DNA of 64,000 nucleotides, taken from positions 4,870-68,869 of the forward strand of contig DAOUKL010000055.1 of NCBI GenBank assembly GCA_034421335.1, given 5' to 3'. Positions 52,418 through 60,488 of the stretch are shown piece by piece (within the stretch, counting starts at the first letter, position 1; each line of letters opens with the position of its first letter). This DNA comes from Dehalococcoidia bacterium. Its GTDB lineage: Bacteria > Chloroflexota > Dehalococcoidia > Lucifugimonadales > Australimonadaceae. The translations under genes were made by a program, and so were the position numbers. Below the pieces are notes generated by a model. It had not been told where the DNA came from and did not search any database. It saw nothing but the letters and a program-made list of their open reading frames with translations.

Positions 52418-52433
52418 GTTACAAACGTGTAAC
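52418..52433. promoter_or_regulatory. Palindrome GTTACA-N4-TGTAAC upstream of amt-glnK (candidate operator)
   Basis: Located in the relatively AT-rich divergent region, about 80-95 nt upstream of the amt ATG. Confidence 0.3.
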
Positions 52434-52480
52434 AGCCGCGAAACATCCCGACGCTCCCCCCAGCGACGCCCCGGTTCCCC

Positions 52481-53389
52481 GTGCTCCAAGTCTTCCTCAC
52501 AGTCGTCCTGCCCATCTACCTTGTGGCGGGCGCCGGAGCGACGCTCCAGCGCCTGCGCCCGGGGCCGCTCGGAGCGCTCGGGCCGGCGGCGCTCTACTTG
52601 CTCAGCCCCGCGCTCGTGCTGAGGGGCCTCATCGAGACCGAACTGCCCCTCGACGTTTCACTGCGCGTGATCGGCGCGACGCTGGCGGCGACGCTCGCGA
52701 TGGTCGGTGTTTCGTGGGTCGTGTCGCGCATGCTCCGGCTCGACAGGCCGTCGGAGAGCGGGTTCCTGCTCGCCGGCGCGTTCGGCAACGCCGGCAACAT
52801 GGGCATCCCCATGGCGTACCTGGCCTTCGGCGACCCCGGCCTGTCGGTGGCGGTCCTCATCTTCGTGGCGCAGGGAACGGTGAGCTGGCCCATCGGCATC
52901 TTCCTCGCGGCGCGCGGCCGGGCCGGGGGATGGCAGCCGCTGCTCAAGGCGCTCAAGGCCCCCACCGTCTACGCCGTCCCCGTCGCTCTCGCCGTGCGCG
53001 CGTTCGACCTCACGCTCCCGGAGACCATCGAGCGCGCCGTCAATCTCATGGCCGACGCCACCATTCCGGCGATGCTGCTCGTGCTCGGCCACCAGCTGGC
53101 GGAGGGCATACGTCTCGACGAGCGGGCGAGCCTCGCCGCGAGCCTCGCAACCCGCCTGTTCATCGGGGCCGCCGCCGGCGCCGCGCTCGCCGTTGCGTTC
53201 GGACTCGAGGGAACGGCGCGCAACACGGTCATCCTCGCGGCGGCGATGCCGACCGCGGTGTTCACGACGCTGCTCGCGACGGAGTTCGGGGCGGCGCCCC
53301 GGTTCGTCGCCGGCGCTGTCGCGACCAGCACTGCCGCGAGCCTCCTCACCCTCACGCTGCTCATCAACCTGCTGCAACGCTGGGGTTGA
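52481..53389 (+). CDS. AEC (auxin efflux carrier)-family transporter
   Basis: 302 aa with GTG start, about 10 hydrophobic helices, N-terminus MLQVFLTVVLPIYLVAGAG typical of the family. Confidence 0.85.
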   Translation: MLQVFLTVVLPIYLVAGAGATLQRLRPGPLGALGPAALYLLSPALVLRGLIETELPLDVSLRVIGATLAATLAMVGVSWVVSRMLRLDRPSESGFLLAGAFGNAGNMGIPMAYLAFGDPGLSVAVLIFVAQGTVSWPIGIFLAARGRAGGWQPLLKALKAPTVYAVPVALAVRAFDLTLPETIERAVNLMADATIPAMLLVLGHQLAEGIRLDERASLAASLATRLFIGAAAGAALAVAFGLEGTARNTVILAAAMPTAVFTTLLATEFGAAPRFVAGAVATSTAASLLTLTLLINLLQRWG

Positions 53390-53443
53390 GCCGGGCCGGT
53401 GATACCCTGCCGCCGCCACCATCCCCACCATGAGAGGCGCGCC

Positions 53444-54304
53444 ATGAACATCGGCATTTCGTTCCCCACCATCGAGTTGCAGGACCCCGCCCAACTGAAG
53501 GAGTTCGCGCAGGGCGCCGAGCAGCTCGGCTTCCACCACATCACCGCGCTCGAGCACACTCTCGGCGTGCGGACCAGCGCAAGCTACACGCCGGAGACTC
53601 CCATTCACGAGCCCATGACGCTGTTCGCGTTCCTCGCCGCGGTTACCCGGACGATCCAGTTCGCGAACTCCATCCTCATCCTTCCGCAGCGGCAGGCCGT
53701 CGTCGTCGCCCGGCAGGCGGCGGAAATCGACTTCCTCTCCGGCGGACGCATGCGGCTCGGCATCGGCCTCGGCAGCAACGAGGAGGAGGCGACGGGCCTC
53801 GGGACCGACTTCCACACGCGCGGCGCCCGCGTCGAGGAGCAGATCGCCGTGATGCGCGCGCTGTGGACGCAGGACGTCGTGAACTTCGAGGGGCGGTGGC
53901 ACCGCATCATCGACGGCGGCCTGACGGTGCTGCCGACGCAGCGTCCCATCCCCATCTGGATCGGCGGAGGCCACGGCAAGCGCCCTCTCGAACGCATCGG
54001 ACGGCTCGCCGACGGCTGGGTCGCGGGCAGCGCGGCTGAGGGCGAGGCTGAGACGCAGATCGAGACTATCCGCAACGCGTCGGAGGCGGCGGGCCGCCCG
54101 CGCGACGCCGTGCAGATCCAGGGCCGCATGGCGCTGGCCGGAGGGAGCGCGGACGCCTGGGCGGGCGCGGCGGCTCGCTGGGCCGAGCTCGGCGCGACGC
54201 ACCTGGCGGTCAACACCAGCCGCGCCGGCTTTAAGACCGCCGCCGAGCACCTGGCGCTCGCGGAGCGCTTCATGACGGAGGTCGGCGCCGGGCTGCGCTC
54301 TTGA
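53444..54304 (+). CDS. LLM-class (F420/flavin-dependent) oxidoreductase
   Basis: Start moved to ATG 53444 (MNIGISFPT...). GGRMRLGIGLGS motif. Paralogous in pattern to 42711-43577. Confidence 0.85.
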   Translation: MNIGISFPTIELQDPAQLKEFAQGAEQLGFHHITALEHTLGVRTSASYTPETPIHEPMTLFAFLAAVTRTIQFANSILILPQRQAVVVARQAAEIDFLSGGRMRLGIGLGSNEEEATGLGTDFHTRGARVEEQIAVMRALWTQDVVNFEGRWHRIIDGGLTVLPTQRPIPIWIGGGHGKRPLERIGRLADGWVAGSAAEGEAETQIETIRNASEAAGRPRDAVQIQGRMALAGGSADAWAGAAARWAELGATHLAVNTSRAGFKTAAEHLALAERFMTEVGAGLRS

Positions 54305-54318
54305 CGTCTATCACCTAG

Positions 54319-54360
54319 CGGGGCGCCGTGAACGTTGAGATTGTGGATTACCATTCGTAG
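54319..54360 (+). pseudogene. Remnant of the 3' end of a higB-type toxin gene
   Basis: Reads RGAVNVEIVDYHS* and is bounded upstream by an in-frame TAG (54316-54318). HigB/killer-protein family members end in ...V.I.DYH as I recall. Lies immediately upstream of higA. Confidence 0.5.
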
Positions 54361-54390
54361 TTGAGAAGTCGTAGCGAGAAGGACGTTGCC

Positions 54391-54681
54391 GTGTTCAAGC
54401 GCTTTGTGCATCCCGGCGAAATCCTGCGAGAAGAGTTGGCGGAGTTTGGGATGAGCCCCACGGCTTTCGCACGGCAGATTGACGTGCCCGCCAACAGAGT
54501 CGGCCAAATCATCGCCGGCAAGCGCTCAGTGACCGGCGACACCGCTCTCCGGTTTGGGCACTGGTTTGGCGTCGACCCTCAGTTCTGGATGAATCTCCAG
54601 GCCCAGTTCGACCTCGCCACAGCCGAGCGCCTCAGCGGAGACGTCGTGCGGACGCTTCCCACAGCGCCCAGGGGCGACTAG
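54391..54681 (+). CDS. higA: HigA-family antitoxin (XRE-type HTH)
   Basis: Start chosen at GTG 54391 (VFKRFVHPGEILREE...). HPGEIL...LA..L.V....V..I..GKR..T.DTALR....FG....FW.NLQ pattern. Confidence 0.85.
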   Translation: MFKRFVHPGEILREELAEFGMSPTAFARQIDVPANRVGQIIAGKRSVTGDTALRFGHWFGVDPQFWMNLQAQFDLATAERLSGDVVRTLPTAPRGD

Positions 54682-55226
54682 GGCGCAACCGCCTCCGGCA
54701 GGGGCTCACCGTTGAGCGTGAACGTCGACGTGATGGCCATGCCCTGCGCGAGGGACTGCATCGCGTAGCAGCTCGCCTCCGCGAGGTCCACCAGGCGGCG
54801 GATGCGCTCCGGCGGCTCGTCCGACTCCAGGCTCACTTGCGTTTCGAGGGCGACCGGGCCGCCCGTGATGGTGCCCGCGAGCGCTGAGCCGTCGCGGTAG
54901 AAACGCGTAACCTGCTCGATGCGGGCCTTTGCGTAGGCGATGTGAGTCATCTCGCTCAACCGAGCGAGTTGGGTGAGCAGTCAGAACGCGACGCCGGCGG
55001 AGAAGTACGCCAGCGGCGAGGGTGCCTCGTCGTCGCCCCCAAGGTGCTTCCCCTCGTCGCAGAGGACCTCGAACGTGCTGCCCTGTCCGGCGCGGACGCG
55101 CGCGAGCTTCTGCTGGCGTTCGAGCGTTTCGGCCTCGAGGGTGATGACGATTTCGCGGCGGGCGCCGTCGCCGCTCGTCCGGGGAGGGCTCTCGACGGTT
55201 TCGACTTTCCTGACGATGTCGGTCAT
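54678..55226 (-). CDS. OsmC/Ohr-family protein with in-frame TGA at the peroxidatic Cys position (selenocysteine candidate, alternatively a nonsense pseudogene)
   Basis: Track ORFs 54981-55226 and 54678-54959 are in the same frame, separated only by TGA 54981-54983. ...SPLAYFSAGVAF[TGA]LLTQL aligns with NPEELIGAAHAAC-FSMAL of OsmC. The resolving Cys context AEASCYAMQSL is present. ATG 55226 is preceded by AAGGACGGAG. Confidence 0.6.
54951..54968 (-). promoter_or_regulatory. SECIS-like hairpin 12 nt downstream of the in-frame UGA
   Basis: Minus strand: UGA-cugcucacccaa-CUCGCUC-GGUU-GAGCGAG, a 7-bp perfect stem with a G/U-containing tetraloop. Confidence 0.4.
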
Positions 55227-55276
55227 AAGCTCCGTCCTTTGGCGACGCCGGGCGGTCCTGGCGAACGAACGGGAAG

Positions 55277-55352
55277 TGGAGGCGACGGGCGGAATCGAAC
55301 CGCCGAATAGAGGTTTTGCAGACCTCCGCCTTAACCACTTGGCTACGTCGCC
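55277..55352 (-). tRNA. tRNA-Cys (GCA)
   Basis: ggcgacg ta gcc aagtggttaa ggc g gaggt ctGCAaa acctc tattc ggcgg ttcgatt ccgcc cgtcgcc t cca. Cloverleaf fits, with discriminator U and encoded CCA. Confidence 0.9.
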
Positions 55353-55435
55353 GCCGAACCCTCAGATTAACGACAACGCGCCCCTCCGTCAACGACGGCG
55401 GGGTGCGGCGGAGCGACGCGGCATAGACTACCGCC

Positions 55436-56842
55436 ATGACGATTCCCGCCAAGCTCGCCCGAGCGTGCGGCGCGCAGCCCTTGGGGCGGCTGCTCGACCG
55501 CGCCGCGGAGGCCGGAGCGCGCCCCGTGAGCGGAGCATCGGCGGCGGCGTTTCGCATCGCGTTCGGGACGCTCGGCGTCATCGCCGTCATTCGCTTCGCC
55601 GCGCGCGGTTGGATCGACGAGTTCTATATCGCGCCGGAGCACCACTTCACCTACTCCGGCTTCTGGTGGGCGCAGCCATGGCCCGGCTGGGGAATGTACG
55701 CCCACTTCGCGCTCCTCGGGTTCGCAGCCCTCGGCGTGGCGCTCGGCTACCGCTACCGGCTCTCCATCGCAGCCTTCTTCCTGCTGTTCACCTACGTGGA
55801 ACTGCTGGACAAGACGACCTACCTGAACCACTACTACCTGGTGAGCCTGCTCAGCTTCCTGATGATCTTCATGCCGCTGCACCGCACGGCGTCGCTCGAC
55901 GCGCGGCGGAGGCCGGCGCCCGCAGACGGGAGCGTTCCCGTATGGGTCGTGTGGACGCTCAGGGCGCAACTGGGCGTGGTGTACCTGTTCTCCGGCCTCG
56001 CCAAGCTGAACCCGGACTGGCTGTTCCACGCGCAGCCCCTGCGGATATGGCTGTACAACAGCGGCGATGCGGTGCTCGTAGGGGCGCTCCTCAAGGAACC
56101 CTGGGCCGCGTACGCCATGAGTTGGGCGGGCGCGGCGTTCGACCTCACGATAGTCGGCTGGCTGCTGTGGAAGCGCAGCAGACCGTGGGCCTACGCCGTG
56201 CTGGCGGTCTTCCACGTAGCAACGTGGCTGCTCTTCCCCATCGGCATGTTTCCCTGGATCATGATGAGCGCGGCGCTCATCTTCTTCCCGCCGGACTGGC
56301 CTCTGCGCCTGCGCGCCGTCCTGCTCCGGCGACCGGCGGCGCCGGCGGCCTTGCCCGCGCAGCGAGAGCAAGCCGTCTCGTGGAGCGCTCGTCTCGCCGT
56401 GGCCGCTCTCCTGCTCTTTGCGCTCGTGCAGGTCCTCGTTCCGCTGCGGCACTGGGCGTACCCCGGCAACGTGCGCTGGAACGAGGACGGATACCGGTTC
56501 TCCTGGCGCGTGCTCCTCACGGAGAAGCACGGACAGGCCGCCTTCCGCGTTCGCGACCCGTCGAACGGACAGGAGCGGCTCGTCTACCCGGAGGACTACC
56601 TGACGCCGTTGCAGGCCGAACGGATGGCGACCCACCCGGACATGATCCTGGCCACGGCGCACATCATCGCGCGGGACTTCGCCGACCGGGGCGTCCCGAA
56701 CGTCGAGGTCCGCGCCGACGTGGCCGTCGCGTTCAACGGACGGCAGTCCGCGCGCTTCATCAACCCGACGGTGGACCTGGCGCACGTGGCGCCGGGCATC
56801 TGGCCGAAATGGTGGGTGCTGCCCGGCCCGCCCGGGCGCTAG
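55436..56842 (+). CDS. HTTM-domain protein (vitamin K-dependent gamma-carboxylase homologue)
   Basis: 468 aa. FRIAFGTLGVIAVIRF...FFLLFTYVELLDKTTYLNHYYLVSLLSFLM closely follows the VKGC/HTTM signature (LLDKT..NH.YL). Also EDGYRFSWRVLLTEK further on. Confidence 0.85.
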   Translation: MTIPAKLARACGAQPLGRLLDRAAEAGARPVSGASAAAFRIAFGTLGVIAVIRFAARGWIDEFYIAPEHHFTYSGFWWAQPWPGWGMYAHFALLGFAALGVALGYRYRLSIAAFFLLFTYVELLDKTTYLNHYYLVSLLSFLMIFMPLHRTASLDARRRPAPADGSVPVWVVWTLRAQLGVVYLFSGLAKLNPDWLFHAQPLRIWLYNSGDAVLVGALLKEPWAAYAMSWAGAAFDLTIVGWLLWKRSRPWAYAVLAVFHVATWLLFPIGMFPWIMMSAALIFFPPDWPLRLRAVLLRRPAAPAALPAQREQAVSWSARLAVAALLLFALVQVLVPLRHWAYPGNVRWNEDGYRFSWRVLLTEKHGQAAFRVRDPSNGQERLVYPEDYLTPLQAERMATHPDMILATAHIIARDFADRGVPNVEVRADVAVAFNGRQSARFINPTVDLAHVAPGIWPKWWVLPGPPGR

Positions 56843-57912
56843 CGGAGGCTGTCGCCGTCCGCGTCGCTGAAGCCGACCGAGACGCCGAGCAGGCTGACAA
56901 CCTCGGTGGCGAGCGTGTCCTGCAACGCCATCAGCGCCTCGTAGACCGCGACCGCCTCCGGCGAACTCTCCGCCGCGGCCTCCCGCAACGGGCCGTCCAC
57001 CGCGTCGATTGCGGCGAGCGACGCCTCGAACCCGGCGCGCACCCGCGCGTCCGCGTCCTCGGACAATGGAACGACGAGCGCCGATACGCCCAGTCCCTCT
57101 CCCGCGCCCTCGTAGACATCGCGCATCCCCAGCACCTGGTTGCGCAGGTCCGCGAGCGCGTTCCGGCCCGCGCCGCCGGGTATGGCGGTCGGGTCGGCGT
57201 CGCCCCGCAGCCCGAGCGCTCCCGCCAGCCGCATGTCCACGATCGTGCGGATCAGGAAGACCTGCGTGCGGACGACCTCCGCCACGGCCTGGGTCGAGAC
57301 CAGCGATATCGAGGACTGCCCGGTGAAGTACTCCCTGTAGGGCGACCCTCCTCCGGCTGTCCAATCGTCGAGGAGCGCGGCGGCCTCGCCGGCGATCACC
57401 TCGCCTGCGCTCGTGAGATACGCGCAGCGCGCCGGGTCTGCGGCAAGCAGTTGCGGCGCGTCGTCCGCGAACAGCACGTACTCGATGCCGCCAAGGCCCC
57501 GCTGTGTGGATGAGATGTTGTTCCGCACGAAGTCCGGCGTGATGCCGGAGCCGGACGCCAGCAGCGCGTCTATCCGCTCAGGTTCGGTTACCGCCCACGC
57601 GATGACGCCCGTCGAGCGCCTGTCGAGCACCGGGCCGAGCCCCGACGCCTCCGAGCGCGCCCACGCCTCGCGCGCGCCGCGCCATGCCTCGCGCGCATCG
57701 TCCAGCGCGGCGTCCGACGGAGCGGAGCAGAGCGCGGCCAGCGCGCCGTTCAACGACGCCGTCTCAGCCGCCAATGCCTCGTAGCTCGGGACGACGACCT
57801 CATCCGTGATGCCCGTTAGCACTTCGCCCTCGTCCGGCCCGCTCGGACCGCAAGCCGCACTCGCGGCCACGAGGGCCCCGAACAGCAGGCAAACGCGCAG
57901 CCCGGGGTTCAT
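56839..57912 (-). CDS. Imelysin-like protein (no HxxE motif), lipoprotein
   Basis: Start moved to ATG 57912 (overlaps the upstream TGA). Signal/lipobox LLFGALVAASAACG. ...RGLGGIEYVLF... sits at the position of the imelysin GxHxxE motif. Confidence 0.75.
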   Translation of the reverse strand: MNPGLRVCLLFGALVAASAACGPSGPDEGEVLTGITDEVVVPSYEALAAETASLNGALAALCSAPSDAALDDAREAWRGAREAWARSEASGLGPVLDRRSTGVIAWAVTEPERIDALLASGSGITPDFVRNNISSTQRGLGGIEYVLFADDAPQLLAADPARCAYLTSAGEVIAGEAAALLDDWTAGGGSPYREYFTGQSSISLVSTQAVAEVVRTQVFLIRTIVDMRLAGALGLRGDADPTAIPGGAGRNALADLRNQVLGMRDVYEGAGEGLGVSALVVPLSEDADARVRAGFEASLAAIDAVDGPLREAAAESSPEAVAVYEALMALQDTLATEVVSLLGVSVGFSDADGDSLR

Positions 57913-59342
57913 CACAGCGACTCCAGGAAACGCAGCAGCGCGGCCCGTTCTTCGGCGGAGAGGAGCGTGAAAGCGTCGCGGGAGGCCTGCGCCTCGCCGC
58001 CGTGCCAGAGGATGGCCTCCTCGAGGCCGCGCGCCCGCCCGTCGTGCAGGAACATGGTGTGGCCGCTCACGGTCTTCACGAGCCCGATGCCCCAGAGCGG
58101 GGGCGTGCGCCATTCGCTGCCCGTGGCGAGCCCGTCCGGGCGCCCGTCGGCCAGACCCTCGCCCATGTCGTGCAGGAGCAGGTCGGTGTAGGGGTAGATG
58201 GTCTGCCCGCGCAGCGGACGCACGGGATGCCATTCATCCGTTACGTGCTGTGGAGTGTGGCAGGCGATGCAGTTGGCCTGCGCGAAGAGTTGCGCGCCCT
58301 CCCGCACCTGCGAGTCGTCCACGTCGCGCATGGCGGGTACGGCGAGCGTCTGCACGTAGAAGGTCACCAAGTCCAGGCGCTCGTCGTCGATCTCCGGCGT
58401 CCCTCCGTTGGGGGCGTCCCGGCAGGCGGACTGCGCAGCCGGACAGTTCTGTTCGGGGAAGAGCGTGGAGGTGACGCCGATGTCGCCGAGGAAGGCTCCC
58501 GCGGACTGCTGCTCCACCGTGGGCTGGCCGGCCTTCCACCCGAACCGGCCCAGGGCCGCAGCGCCGCTCCGAACGTCGGCGACCATGTTCGGGCGTCCCG
58601 ATATACCGTCGCCGTCGGCGTCGTCCGGGTCCGCAAGCGCCAGGATGTCCTCCGCGGGTATCGCCTCCAGCAGCCCCATGCCGATGGTCGCGGGCCCCAC
58701 GCGCGGCGACATCATCACGTCCAGATGCAGCGGACCGTAGGCCAGGTCTGCTATCGAGTACGCCGGCTTGCGGAGCGAGTACGGCGTTCCGTCCGGGTAG
58801 GCGCCGGGCATCTCCTCGTAGCGGATGCTGATGCGGCCTTCGGGGAGCACGCCGATGATGGCGCGGTCCTGCAATTGCCCGCCGTAGACGGGGTCGTCCT
58901 CCGGGCCGTTGGGGCCGGGCGCGCTGAGCAGCAGCAGCAGACCGCGCTCCGGGTCGTCGTCGTTATCGGGCGGCTTCGCGCGGCCGTCGTGGCTGTGACA
59001 GGAGGAGCAGGCGAGGGCGTTGAACGTGGGGCCCAGCCCGTCGCGCGCCGCCGTAGAGGCGGGCGCGGTAACCCAGTTCTGGTTGAAGAAGCTGTCTCCC
59101 ACCTCGAACCTGCGGCGTTCCTGGTTCGTGAGATTCCGCGCGGACAACTCGAACGCGTTGGTCCCGCTGCTGAACGCGGTCGTCTCTCCGCCGAGCCGCT
59201 CGTCGAACAGCAGTGACTCGTCTATCCGGTCGTCTTGCGAGCAGGCGGCGGCCGAGGCGGGCAGCAGCGCCGCTGCGACGAGCAGCGCCGCCGCGAGCCG
59301 CCGCGATGCGCGCTTGACCAGTGCTGTGTAACCGTCCTTCAC
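57912..59342 (-). CDS. DUF1111-type di-heme cytochrome c (peroxidase-like / thiol oxidoreductase-like) protein
   Basis: 476 aa with GTG start. Signal/lipobox LLPASAAAC and two heme-binding motifs, CSSCH and CIACH. Confidence 0.85.
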   Translation of the reverse strand: MKDGYTALVKRASRRLAAALLVAAALLPASAAACSQDDRIDESLLFDERLGGETTAFSSGTNAFELSARNLTNQERRRFEVGDSFFNQNWVTAPASTAARDGLGPTFNALACSSCHSHDGRAKPPDNDDDPERGLLLLLSAPGPNGPEDDPVYGGQLQDRAIIGVLPEGRISIRYEEMPGAYPDGTPYSLRKPAYSIADLAYGPLHLDVMMSPRVGPATIGMGLLEAIPAEDILALADPDDADGDGISGRPNMVADVRSGAAALGRFGWKAGQPTVEQQSAGAFLGDIGVTSTLFPEQNCPAAQSACRDAPNGGTPEIDDERLDLVTFYVQTLAVPAMRDVDDSQVREGAQLFAQANCIACHTPQHVTDEWHPVRPLRGQTIYPYTDLLLHDMGEGLADGRPDGLATGSEWRTPPLWGIGLVKTVSGHTMFLHDGRARGLEEAILWHGGEAQASRDAFTLLSAEERAALLRFLESL

Positions 59343-59351
59343 CGCGTCAGC

Positions 59352-60450
59352 TCAACTGACGCTGATAGTGATGCCGATGGCTTCCGCCGCCGCCACGATC
59401 GTATCGGTCTGGTCTTCCAGCGCGACGATGGCGTCCAGCACCGCCCGCCGTCCGGCGTCCGCGTCGGACACGCCCTCGCGCAGGTGCCGGTCGAACGGCG
59501 CAGGGATCGCCCTCGCAAGGGCGACGCTGCGCCGTATCTCGTCCTCCAGCTGCTGGGCGAGCTCCTCGTCCTCGGCGGCGATCAGGTCGCGCACGCCGGG
59601 GCCGGAGACCACGCCGTAGTCGCCGGTGTAGACCAGCCAGACGCCGAGGGCGTTGCCGATGATGTCGGCGGTCGTGTTGTCGGCGAAGCAGGAGTGTTCG
59701 TCTTCCTGGGAGCGCGCCTCGTAGGCGACCGTCATGCGCTCGCCCGCGAGTTCGCCCCTGCTCATCTCGCCGATGCCGGTGATGATGCGCGTGAGCGCCT
59801 CGTCCGAGTCGACCGACAGGAACTCCGCGCGGTAGTTCCCGCTGTCGCCGGGCGCCCAGGCGTCCACCATGTCGCGCAGGTGACGCACGAGCACGTCCGA
59901 CGCCGTGGCGCAGGCCGGGACCGTCGTCGTTCATGTCCTGGCCCCAGAGCAGGAACTCGATGGCGTGCCATCCCGTGGACACGTTCGCCTCGCCGCCTTC
60001 CTCGTTGAGCGAGACGATGAGGGTTGCGTCGATGACGGGGAAGTCGCCGGGGTTGTTGATGATGCCGGCGCCGGGGTCGCCCTCGACGTAGTCGATGTAC
60101 GCCTCGTCGAGCGGCCACGCGTTGACCAGTCCCTCGGGGCCGTCTTCCTCGTTGTCAATCGGGCCGTTGTAGAACCGGTAGATCTCGGTGGGGCCGTAGT
60201 CGTCGCGGGCGAGCAGCCACGCGCGCTTGGCGGCGTCGAGCCGCACCGCCGAGGGAGCGGCGAGGAAGCGGTCGATGGCCGCGTCCATCGTCACGGCGCT
60301 GGCGAGGCTCTTCGAGTACATCGCGTGCGCGCCGTCGGCGTAGTTCCGAACCACCTGCTCCTTGAGGTCGTCGTCCGCGCCTCCGCCGCTGCAAGCCGCC
60401 AGCAGGAGTCCTGCGGCGGCCAGAACACCCAGCCTCCATGCTCTGCGCAT
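59352..60450 (-). pseudogene. Imelysin (peptidase M75-like) gene interrupted by a frameshift
   Basis: The N-terminal part from ATG 60450 reads ...STGWHAIEFLLWGQDMNDDGPG, then degenerates into an Arg-rich frame. Homologous sequence resumes in another frame (59894-59352: ...DVLVRHLRDMVDAW...). The switch is at about 59895-59915. Confidence 0.6.
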
Positions 60451-60488
60451 AGGTCAACTCACCCGGGATTGAATCAGGCGAGCGGCAT

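Noticed and set aside
52341-52480. Sigma-54 (TGGCAC-N5-TTGC), NtcA (GTA-N8-TAC) or TnrA (TGTNA-N7-TNACA) sites upstream of amt
   Set aside because: I tested candidate strings by eye on both strands (e.g. TGGCAACACATTGAC, TGTTACACGTTTGTAAC). Spacing or key bases do not fit any of the three consensus sequences.
55277-55352. tRNA next to the UGA-containing OsmC-like gene as a possible tRNA-Sec
   Set aside because: The anticodon is GCA (Cys), with a normal 7-bp acceptor, short variable arm and 76-nt length. It is an ordinary tRNA-Cys, and the adjacency appears coincidental.
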